Origin: an uncultured Alphaproteobacteria bacterium
GTDB taxonomy: Bacteria; Pseudomonadota; Alphaproteobacteria; UBA6615
Reading direction: 5' to 3'
Length of the DNA stretch: 64,000 nucleotides
Assembly (NCBI GenBank): GCA_943787745.1
Contig: CALSNJ010000005.1
Coordinates: forward strand, 108,455-172,454
In this document: piece after piece, positions 47,669-55,520 of the stretch
Layout: each line of letters begins with the position of its first letter
How positions within the stretch are numbered: the first letter of the stretch is position 1
Notes under the pieces: generated by a model
The model's database searches: none
What the model saw: only the letters and a program-made list of their open reading frames with translations
Told to the model about the DNA's origin: nothing
Translations under genes and position numbers: made by a program

Positions 47669-48793
47669 ATGAGCGATTCAGACCAAATTGACAGCGAAGT
47701 GACCGAGGAATTCGACGGCGTGCCGGGCCGGTACTGGCACGCGTTGGACGATGGGCGCATTCAGTGCGACCTCTGTCCGCGGTTTTGCAAGCTCAATGAA
47801 GGCCAGCGCGGCCTGTGCTTCGTGCGGGCACGCACCGACGATCAGATCGTGCTCACCACCTATGGCCGATCGAGCGGCTATTGCATCGATCCCATCGAGA
47901 AGAAGCCGCTCAATCACTTCCTGCCGGGCACCCCGGTGCTGAGTTTTGGCACGGCGGGCTGCAACCTGACCTGCAAGTTCTGCCAGAACTGGGACATTTC
48001 GAAATCCCGCGAGTGGGACACGCTCGCCGATCGCGCGATGCCCGAAGCCATTGCGAAAGCCGCCGCCGCCCATGGCTGTCGTTCGGTGGCGTTTACCTAT
48101 AACGATCCGGTGATCTTCCTGGAATATGCCGTCGACGTGGCGGCGGCCTGTCGCGAGGTCGGCTTGCGCACGGTTGCGGTGACGGCGGGCTATATCTGCG
48201 AGGAACCGCGCAAGGAATTCTTCCGCGCGATGGATGCGGCGAATGTGGACCTGAAGGGTTTCACCGAGCGGTTTTATCGTGAGCTCTCATCGGCCACGCT
48301 ATCCAATGTTCTCGACACACTGGTCTTCATTCGCCACGAGACCGATTGCTGGCTGGAGATCACCAATCTCATCATTCCCGGCGAGAACGACGACCCGCGC
48401 GAACTCGCCGCGATGTCCCGCTGGATCGTAGATGAGCTTGGCCCCGATGTGCCGGTGCATTTCTCGGCCTTTCATCCCGACTGGAAGATGATGGACACGC
48501 CGGCCACCCCCCATGAAACTTTGGCGCGGGCGCGGCAGATCGCGCGGGACGCAGGCCTGAATTATGTCTATGTCGGCAATGCACACGATAAGGGGCGTCA
48601 GAGCACCTACTGCCCGAACTGCGCAACGCGCACCATCGGGCGTGACTGGTATGAACTCAGCGAATGGCGGGTGACCCCGGTTGGGAATTCCGGTGCGGCC
48701 TGCCCAAATTGCGGCACACGCATTCCCGGCGTCTTTGATGCAAAACCCGGCACCTGGGGTCGCAAGCGCCAGCCCGTGCGATTGGCGGATTGA
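47669..48793 (+). CDS. amrS: AmmeMemoRadiSam system radical SAM enzyme
   Basis: N-terminal C.LCPR.C, DPIEKKPL.HF.PG, GCNLTCKFCQNW.IS (CxxxCxxC), AFTYNDP, HFSAFHPD, Y.GN, TYCP.C. Confidence 0.93.
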   Translation: MSDSDQIDSEVTEEFDGVPGRYWHALDDGRIQCDLCPRFCKLNEGQRGLCFVRARTDDQIVLTTYGRSSGYCIDPIEKKPLNHFLPGTPVLSFGTAGCNLTCKFCQNWDISKSREWDTLADRAMPEAIAKAAAAHGCRSVAFTYNDPVIFLEYAVDVAAACREVGLRTVAVTAGYICEEPRKEFFRAMDAANVDLKGFTERFYRELSSATLSNVLDTLVFIRHETDCWLEITNLIIPGENDDPRELAAMSRWIVDELGPDVPVHFSAFHPDWKMMDTPATPHETLARARQIARDAGLNYVYVGNAHDKGRQSTYCPNCATRTIGRDWYELSEWRVTPVGNSGAACPNCGTRIPGVFDAKPGTWGRKRQPVRLAD

Positions 48794-48828
48794 AGTGGGT
48801 GGGTTTTAAACCGGCCTTTGTGACGGCT

Positions 48829-48932
48829 CAGCATCCTTCGAGACGGGCCTTCGGCTCTCCTCAGGATGAGGCCGAGAGTAAATCTCAAACCTCATCCTGA
48901 GGAGGCGCAGCGCGACGTCTCGAAGGATGCTG
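48829..48932. repeat. REP dimer family C
   Basis: CAGCATCCTTCGAGACG...CCTCAGGATGAGG...CCTCATCCTGAGGAG...CGTCTCGAAGGATGCTG. Confidence 0.9.
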
Positions 48933-48953
48933 GGATGGCAGCCAAACTCGCAC

Positions 48954-49028
48954 CATCATACGCGGACTTGATCCGCGTATCTCGCTCCGGTGTGAGTTGA
49001 GATGCCCGGATCAAGTCCGGGCATGACG
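48954..49028. repeat. CGTC-tagged REP dimer (family A)
   Basis: CATCATACGCGGACTTGATCCGCGTATCTC...GAGATGCCCGGATCAAGTCCGGGCATGACG. Confidence 0.9.
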
Positions 49029-49042
49029 GAATTGTTTGGGGG

Positions 49043-50314
49043 TCAGGCCGGCAGCGGTTTGCCCGCACCCTCACGCAGCATCAGTGTGAATACCAGCGAT
49101 ACGGCGGCGCAGGCCATCATGTACCAGACAAAGCTGAGGTCGTTATGGGTGCGGTTGAGCAGCCAGGCCGCGATCATCGGTGTGGTGCCGCCGAAGATCG
49201 CCATGCTGACATTGTAGCCGACGCTCATGGCGCTGACGCGCACGCGGCTGGGGAACATCTCCGACAGGTTGGCCGGTCCCGCGCCGAGCAGAAAAGCGAC
49301 CAGCACGGCAAACCCGATCTGTCCGGCGAGAATGCGCAGGAAAACCGGCTCGTGCATTAGCAGTATCAGCGGATAGCTGAGCAGCAGAAATCCGGCCGCG
49401 CCGATCGCCAGCACGGTCTTGCGTCCGACTTTGTCCGAGAGTGCGCCCACGAATGGAATTAGAACCAGCATCACCACGAGCGCGATGGTGTTGATGTCCA
49501 TCGCGTCGGATCGGGGCTCCTTCACCTGGTCGACAAGCCATGTCAGGACATAGACAAAAGCGATGTAGAACCCGACCGCGTTGATGATCGTGTAGCCGAT
49601 CATCTTGCCCATGGCGCGCCACTCGGTCCGGATCGCTTCGATGGCTGGAGACCCGGCACCTTCTTCGACGGGCTCAACCGGGGAATCGGGCAGATGGCGG
49701 CGGATCAGCAAGCCCACAACGCCCACAAGGATTCCCACGAGGAAGGGAATCCGCCATCCCCAGTCCATGAGCTGATCCTCGGTCAGCACGTTGGTCACAA
49801 GCGCCCCGACGCCCGAACCCAGAAGAATTCCGCCGACGGCACCGACCTGGGTCCAGCTCGAGAAGAACCCGCGTCGTGCGATGGGGGCCTGTTCGGCCAG
49901 AAACGTCACGGAGCCGGTGTATTCGCCGCCGACCGAGAGGCCCTGCAGCATCCGCAGTCCGACCAGCATGATCGCCGCCGCGATGCCGATGCTGGCATGG
50001 GTGGGCAGCAGGCCGATGATTCCGGTCGGGATGGCCATCAGCATCACAGACAGGACAAGCGCCTGCCGCCGACCGATCCGGTCGCCGATGTGACCGAAGA
50101 TGAATCCACCGATGGGGCGCATCAGAAAGCCAGCCGCAAACGCACCAAAAGACGCGATCAGGGAGACCGTCGGGTCACTTGATGGAAAAAAGAGTTGGCC
50201 GATGATCGGTGCGAAAAATCCGTAGACGCCGAAGTCGTACCATTCGAGCACATTGCCGCTGACGCCTGCGGCAATAACCTTGCGGCGCGTGCGCGCCGTT
50301 GCCACATCGCTCAT
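49043..50314 (-). CDS. MFS transporter, MHS (ProP-like) family
   Basis: GNVLEWYDF, FLMRPIGG..FG..GDR.GRR, R.LQGLSVGGEY, WGWRIPF, FGGTTP. Confidence 0.92.
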   Translation of the reverse strand: MSDVATARTRRKVIAAGVSGNVLEWYDFGVYGFFAPIIGQLFFPSSDPTVSLIASFGAFAAGFLMRPIGGFIFGHIGDRIGRRQALVLSVMLMAIPTGIIGLLPTHASIGIAAAIMLVGLRMLQGLSVGGEYTGSVTFLAEQAPIARRGFFSSWTQVGAVGGILLGSGVGALVTNVLTEDQLMDWGWRIPFLVGILVGVVGLLIRRHLPDSPVEPVEEGAGSPAIEAIRTEWRAMGKMIGYTIINAVGFYIAFVYVLTWLVDQVKEPRSDAMDINTIALVVMLVLIPFVGALSDKVGRKTVLAIGAAGFLLLSYPLILLMHEPVFLRILAGQIGFAVLVAFLLGAGPANLSEMFPSRVRVSAMSVGYNVSMAIFGGTTPMIAAWLLNRTHNDLSFVWYMMACAAVSLVFTLMLREGAGKPLPA

Positions 50315-50405
50315 CGACGTGTCCTCCCCGATTTGCCCCGGTTGAGTTAAGCGCAAGAGGACGCGTCGAGGCAAGGGGGAGGAAAACGGCGCGCTTCCGG
50401 AAAGC

Positions 50406-50477
50406 CCTCACCCTGAGCCTGACGAAGGGCGAGGGCGGCAACCTCATACTTCATACTTCGTCAGGCTCAGCATGAGG
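50406..50477. repeat. REP dimer related to family C (CCTGAGCCTGACGAAG type)
   Basis: CCTCACCCTGAGCCTGACGAAG...CTTCGTCAGGCTCAGCATGAGG inverted arms. Confidence 0.8.
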
Positions 50478-50500
50478 TTGTTCCGGGAGGCGACGATACC

Positions 50501-50567
50501 CTAGTGGAACGTCTCGGTGGTGTAGCGCCACAAGAGGATGGACTCATCCATTGATCCTGCGTAGGCC
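50501..50567 (-). pseudogene. Displaced duplicate of the 3' end of the amrB-amrA fusion gene
   Basis: 50503-50542 matches 53168-53207 at 37/40 nt; translates DESILLWRYTTETFH* versus DSSIRLWRYTTETFH*. Confidence 0.85.
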
Positions 50568-50750
50568 GCGCTGAGGGGGCGTTTCTTGTTGTCCTTTGAA
50601 GCGCGGCAACGGATCAATTTGCCTATTTTTTGTGCGGATTAACAATTCGTAAAACTATCTACTTTAGAACCTTCGATTGATGTCTTTGGAAAAAGGCATT
50701 GGGTGCCATGTCGCACCCAGTCTACAGGTAGTGAAAAAAGGAGCACCAGA

Positions 50751-51164
50751 ATGCGTGCAATTAAAATACTCGTCCCAATGTTCGTCCTCATGCTGGCGAT
50801 TATGCCCGCATAGGCGAAAGAAGAAGCCCCGATGACCGTCGAGGGCGCCACCACGATTTCCACCGGCGACGCCAAGGCCTTGTTCGACAAGGGCGCGATC
50901 TTCGTTGATGTCCGCGGCGGCGCGGATTTCGAGGCAGGTCGTATTCCCGGCGCAGTGCATCTCGATTTGAAGAGCACGCTGACCGAGGCAGCGCTGATGG
51001 AAGCCGCTGACAAGGGTCAGGACATCGTCATGTACTGCAATGGCCAAAAATGCGGGCTTTCGTCAGCCGCGAGCGTGAAGGCCGTCGCCTGGGGCTTTAC
51101 CGCCGTGAAGTATTTCCGCGATGGCTTCCCGGGCTGGCAGACGGCGGGCTACCCCGTCGAGTAG
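50751..51164 (+). pseudogene. Secreted rhodanese-like protein with an in-frame TAG in the signal peptide (remaining ORF 50832-51164)
   Basis: RBS AAGGAG then MRAIKILVPMFVLMLAIMPA*AKEEAP; mature domain has FVDVR, GRIPGAVHL, YCNGQKCGLS, YFRDGFPGW..AGYPVE. Confidence 0.75.
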
Positions 51165-51212
51165 CCGCGGGAAACGTCCAAACAAGTAAACGCGAAGTGA
51201 GAGGAGCGGCCG

Positions 51213-53159
51213 ATGCTGCTGAGTAGAAAAATTGTTGTTGTGGCATCGGTCGCCCTCGTCACGTTAGGTGGTGCGTTTGCGATAAAGGAAGAGGTGAGCC
51301 GAAAATTTCTCGACACGCGGTTCGAATTGGCCACGATCGACGCAAAGCAAGCGCTCCTGCGCAATATCATTCGCGTCGAAGTCAATGGCCTGAAGACCGC
51401 TCTCAAATCCATCACGCGAAATCGAACGGCGATCAAAGCCTTGGCCGAACGCGACGGTGAGGCTCTCAATGATGAGCTTTTGGGTACATTCAATCGGCTC
51501 AGTACGGCGAAGGTCCTGAGCGAGATATTCATACTCACACCGGAGGGAACGGTACTGTTTCCCGACAGTGTTCCGGCAGACGTTCTTCACGGCAACCATC
51601 TGGTTCAACTTACGCTGGATGAGGGCAAGCCCGCGCAGGCTCTGATAGAGCGTGATGGCGCCCCTGTGATTGCGAATACGACCTTGCTCTATAAGGGCCG
51701 TGATTTTGTGGGGATCGCGCTGCTGACGAAATCGTTCGACCAGGTTGCGCTCGACTTCAAGAGCAGCGACGACAGTGAAGTGCTGGTCTTCGGAACGGCG
51801 GGTTCCCAACAGGTCTCCACATTTGGCGAAGAGGATGTCGATGCCGCCGCTGAGATCAGTGACAGCACGACCGACAAATTGTCGGAATCTGCGGCCTATT
51901 ATTTTAGCCAGACAAGCGACAACCGTTCGTTTTCCAACGTTGTCGTACCGTTGACCAATGGCGCTGGCGCATTGATCGGCCACCTTGTTGCGGCGAAGGA
52001 TGCGACGGCCTATTTGGCAGAAGCGCGCCGTTTTGACCAAATCGGATATGGCGCTGTCGTCACGCTGATCATTTTCTTCGTGGTCTCCCTGGGATTGTTC
52101 CTTCGGTACCTTTTCCGTCCGCTCGCACGCGTGACAATGGCGATCGAAACCCTTGCGGATGGCAGTCGTGATATTCAGGTCGATGGCACGGACCGCCGGG
52201 ACGAGATCGGCTCGATCTGGCGCGCCGTCGCCGTGTTTCGGGACAAGATGGCCGAAGCGGATCGGATACAGGAAGAGCAGCGTCTCGCCGAGGAACGGGC
52301 GACGGAGGAGCGCCGCGCCACGGTTCTGTCCTTCGCGGACAATTTCGAAAAGCGCATCCGAAAAGTGGTCGACAATGTTTCCACCGAGGCGGAGCATACC
52401 GGCGAAGCCTCTCGCGGTATGAATGAGATGATGCGCTCGACCGGCGGCACGACAGAGCGCGTGGCAAGTGCGGCGGTTCTCGCCTCCGGGAACGTCGAGA
52501 GCATAGCGTCGGCAACGGAGGAACTTACAGCCTCGATCGAAGAGATCAGCCGGCAAGCCAGCGAATCCCGCTCGGTCTCGGACGACGCGTCGGGCCAGGC
52601 TCACATGATCAACGAGCGTGTGGAGGGCCTCGCTGAAGCGGCAGAGAAGATTGGTGAGGTGGTGACGTTGATCCACGACATTGCGGCGCAGACCAACTTG
52701 CTCGCGCTCAACGCAACGATAGAGGCGTCACGCGCAGGTGAGGCAGGTAAGGGCTTCGCCGTTGTCGCGAGCGAGGTCAAAACCCTTGCCCAACAGACCG
52801 CGCTGGCCACCGAGGAAATATCAAAACAGGTCTCGGCGATTCAGGCCTCGTCAGGCGATGCGGTCTCGGGAATTGGGACCATCCGCGAAACCATCGATCA
52901 GGTTGCCCAGATTGCGGGTGCGATTTCGGAAGGAATCGAGCAGCAGCTTGCGGCAACCCAGGCGATCGCACGTAATGTGAGCGCGGCGGCTTCGGGCACA
53001 CAGGATGTTTCGATGCAGATCGGCGATGTTCGTCAGGCGGTCGAAACATCCGTGCAGACCGCCGAACAACATCTTGAATCCGCAGAACGGTTGCGGGAAA
53101 CGGGCAAGGAACTTCACGCGCAAGTTGAGCAGTTTCTGCATGAAGTCCGCGCCAGCTGA
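51213..53159 (+). CDS. Methyl-accepting chemotaxis protein (2 TM, large periplasmic sensor, HAMP)
   Basis: TM1 [20 protein letters not shown]2, HAMP (RRDEIG), signalling motif [34 protein letters not shown]. Confidence 0.95.
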   Translation: MLLSRKIVVVASVALVTLGGAFAIKEEVSRKFLDTRFELATIDAKQALLRNIIRVEVNGLKTALKSITRNRTAIKALAERDGEALNDELLGTFNRLSTAKVLSEIFILTPEGTVLFPDSVPADVLHGNHLVQLTLDEGKPAQALIERDGAPVIANTTLLYKGRDFVGIALLTKSFDQVALDFKSSDDSEVLVFGTAGSQQVSTFGEEDVDAAAEISDSTTDKLSESAAYYFSQTSDNRSFSNVVVPLTNGAGALIGHLVAAKDATAYLAEARRFDQIGYGAVVTLIIFFVVSLGLFLRYLFRPLARVTMAIETLADGSRDIQVDGTDRRDEIGSIWRAVAVFRDKMAEADRIQEEQRLAEERATEERRATVLSFADNFEKRIRKVVDNVSTEAEHTGEASRGMNEMMRSTGGTTERVASAAVLASGNVESIASATEELTASIEEISRQASESRSVSDDASGQAHMINERVEGLAEAAEKIGEVVTLIHDIAAQTNLLALNATIEASRAGEAGKGFAVVASEVKTLAQQTALATEEISKQVSAIQASSGDAVSGIGTIRETIDQVAQIAGAISEGIEQQLAATQAIARNVSAAASGTQDVSMQIGDVRQAVETSVQTAEQHLESAERLRETGKELHAQVEQFLHEVRAS

Positions 53160-53165
53160 TCTACC

Positions 53166-54554
53166 TCAGTGGAACGTCTCCGTCGTGTAGCGCCACAAGC
53201 GGATGGAGCTGTCCCAGTAATCTTGCGGAAGACCGGCCTTGGCTTTCAGGTGACGCAGAAACTGTTCGGCCTTGGGCACGGTTTCCCAGACCTGGGGCAG
53301 GAACAGACCGCGCCGGGATTGTCCGTCAGGGCCGTCGGCTTCCAGGATCACACCATCCACATCGGGTTGCAGTGCGTCGATGGCCTCGGCCTCGGATCCA
53401 AAGGCGATGGGGCGAGCATTGGAAAGTATCGAGACCGACAGGTCGAGGGAGCCGATCTCAGCCGCCGTAAGTTGCGGGAAGCGCGGGTCGCTGAATGCGG
53501 CCTTGTGGGCGTTGGTGGCCACGTCCTCGATCAGTGAACGATGAGGCAGGATGCTGCCGATGCAGCCGCGAAGCCTGCCGTTCTGGTTCAGGGTGACAAA
53601 GGTCGCCCGAAAGGTTTCGAGGGCCGGCGAAAACGTGCCGTGCTGGACCCGGGCCGGACGGCCGTTTTTTAGACCGTTGGCGATGGAACGTCGGGCACCG
53701 TCAATCAGCAATGCGCGGTCATCATCGGGCAAACGGGCCGATCCGGCATATTCGAGCGCCCAGGATCCGTAGCCGACCACCCGGTCGCGATTGTCGCGCC
53801 CGCCGGTGTCACCCGAGTTGCGCACATCCAATGTGGTGACCCGCAAATCCAGCGCGCGGGCACGGTTGAGCAGGCCTTTAACCGGGAAGCGCCCGCAGGC
53901 CTGCTCGTCCTCGATCTTCTCGAGACTGAGGGTTTCGACATGGCGTCGAAATGCCTGATCGCGCTGATTGGCACCGTCATAGTCGTGATAGTGGCTGAGA
54001 TCGGAGCTGATCACGACGAGGGTTTCGGGGCCGCCCCAAAGTGCTTTCAGAAGCGCGTCGGTTTCCTGGGGGCTCGGACCACCAACGAGCACCGACACCA
54101 GTGTGAAATCGCCCAGTACCCGTTGCAGGAAGGGCAGGTGTATCTCCAGGCTGTGCTCTTCTGCGTGGGGAATATCGGATTGTTCGACCCCGGGGACCGT
54201 CAGCGCGGTGGCGATCCCGTCGAGATCAAGCGGCACATCCCCGAGTGGTGTGCGGAAGGCGGTTGCCGCTGGAACGCAGAACTTGGGAACCGCGACCCGG
54301 TGCGGCGGGCCAAGCAGAACGACCCGTGTGATTTCTGAAGCCCGGCGCGCAATGGATTTGTAAGCGGACCCCGCAACAGGTCCGGAATAGATCAACCCGG
54401 CATGAGGTGCGATCAGTGCTTTTGGTGAGAGCCCGTCATCGCGCGCGCTGGCCAGGCACTGGTCGATCATTCCGGCAAGCGCGTGCGCATCCGCAGGATA
54501 GAATGTGCCTGCAATCGCCGGCGGTCTGATGGTCTGTGTGGACTGGCTTGTCAT
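53166..54554 (-). CDS. amrB: AmmeMemoRadiSam system protein B (Memo) fused to protein A (AMMECR1)
   Basis: Memo half: R.PA.AG.FYP, PHAG..YSG, EHSLE.HLPFLQ, SSDLSHY, NSGD...VVGY. AMMECR1 half: ATFVTL...LRGCIGS, AF.DPRFP, FLPQVW, KAGL. Confidence 0.92.
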   Translation of the reverse strand: MTSQSTQTIRPPAIAGTFYPADAHALAGMIDQCLASARDDGLSPKALIAPHAGLIYSGPVAGSAYKSIARRASEITRVVLLGPPHRVAVPKFCVPAATAFRTPLGDVPLDLDGIATALTVPGVEQSDIPHAEEHSLEIHLPFLQRVLGDFTLVSVLVGGPSPQETDALLKALWGGPETLVVISSDLSHYHDYDGANQRDQAFRRHVETLSLEKIEDEQACGRFPVKGLLNRARALDLRVTTLDVRNSGDTGGRDNRDRVVGYGSWALEYAGSARLPDDDRALLIDGARRSIANGLKNGRPARVQHGTFSPALETFRATFVTLNQNGRLRGCIGSILPHRSLIEDVATNAHKAAFSDPRFPQLTAAEIGSLDLSVSILSNARPIAFGSEAEAIDALQPDVDGVILEADGPDGQSRRGLFLPQVWETVPKAEQFLRHLKAKAGLPQDYWDSSIRLWRYTTETFH

Positions 54555-54676
54555 GGAGATGACTTGTCTGAGACTCGGAATTGCATATATCGCCAACGGC
54601 GAGCATAAGACTATCGCGCGGATTGCGCCGCTGCCAAAGCCTCTTGCACGAGAAGCCTTAAAGAAAGGGTGCCACT

Positions 54677-55027
54677 ATGTTGACCGTTTATGGCCTGAAG
54701 AGTTGCGATACGACCCGCAAGTCCCTCAAGTGGCTTGAGCGGCGCGAGGCCGCCCATCGTTTTCTCGATGTCCGTGCTGACGGGGTCGACCACGATAAGC
54801 TGACTGAATGGGCCATGGAAGTGGGTTGGGAAGCTCTGCTCAATCGCGGCAGCACGACTTGGCGCGGGCTCGATGAAGTGATTCGTGAGAATGTGACCGA
54901 AGACATCGCGCTGCAGCTGATGGTCGACAATCCGACCCTGATCAAGCGCCCGGTGATCGAGACCGGTGCCGGGGTTCTGGTCGGTTTCAAGCCGGAACAG
55001 CAGCGCACACTGGAAGAGTTGCTCTAG
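54677..55027 (+). CDS. ArsC/Spx-like (YffB) family protein
   Basis: YGLKSCDT.RK..KWL, LLNR.STTWR.L, PTLIKRPV. Confidence 0.88.
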   Translation: MLTVYGLKSCDTTRKSLKWLERREAAHRFLDVRADGVDHDKLTEWAMEVGWEALLNRGSTTWRGLDEVIRENVTEDIALQLMVDNPTLIKRPVIETGAGVLVGFKPEQQRTLEELL

Positions 55028-55045
55028 CGGGGCTGGGCGTCCCGC

Positions 55046-55149
55046 CGCATCCTTCGAGACGGGCCTGCGGCCCTCCTCAGGATGAGGTTCTTGGTTTTGC
55101 TCCGTCCTCATCCTGAGGAGACCGCGAAGCGGTCGTCTCGAAGGATGCG
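55046..55149. repeat. REP dimer family C
   Basis: CGCATCCTTCGAGACG...CCTCAGGATGAGG...CCTCATCCTGAGGAG...CGTCTCGAAGGATGCG. Confidence 0.9.
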
Positions 55150-55342
55150 AAAAACAGGAAACGCCGGATTTCCGGCGATAATTTCCTGATCACGTTTCGT
55201 TCGCCGCTAAATTCCCGAGTCGCTTTTGGCTGAACCACAAGATTTTGGGGTTTGTGGCACAAAAGGGGCACAAACATAAAAACCATAAGCGGCCGCGACT
55301 CGTAACAATCTGGCGAATCTGCACGATTCGGACTCTGGCGCG

Positions 55343-55370
55343 TTGACTCAAAAACGTCGAAGATTAGAAT
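55343..55370 (+). promoter_or_regulatory. Putative sigma70 promoter of nrdAB
   Basis: TTGACT-16 nt-TAGAAT. Confidence 0.55.
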
Positions 55371-55397
55371 GTTCCCGTATTGTTCACGGTGACAGGC

Positions 55398-55444
55398 CTC
55401 CAACATTTAGTGTTTATTAAGCGTTACGTCTCCAGATGTTGTGG
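55398..55444. promoter_or_regulatory. Tandem NrdR boxes (a third candidate lies at 55235-55250)
   Basis: CTCCAACATTTAGTGT and TCTCCAGATGTTGTGG fit acaCwAtATaTwGtgt and start 31 bp apart, upstream of nrdA. Confidence 0.75.
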
Positions 55445-55520
55445 ATTTTGCGCATTTTCCCTCCGGAAATTGCCCACAGGGTGTGGAGCATTTGGAATGT
55501 TGTTTGGAGGGGGCTTGGTA

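Noticed and set aside
50811..50813. Pyrrolysine or genome-wide amber recoding
   Set aside because: TAG is a normal stop for many genes here, no pyl genes are present, and the position is in a signal peptide.
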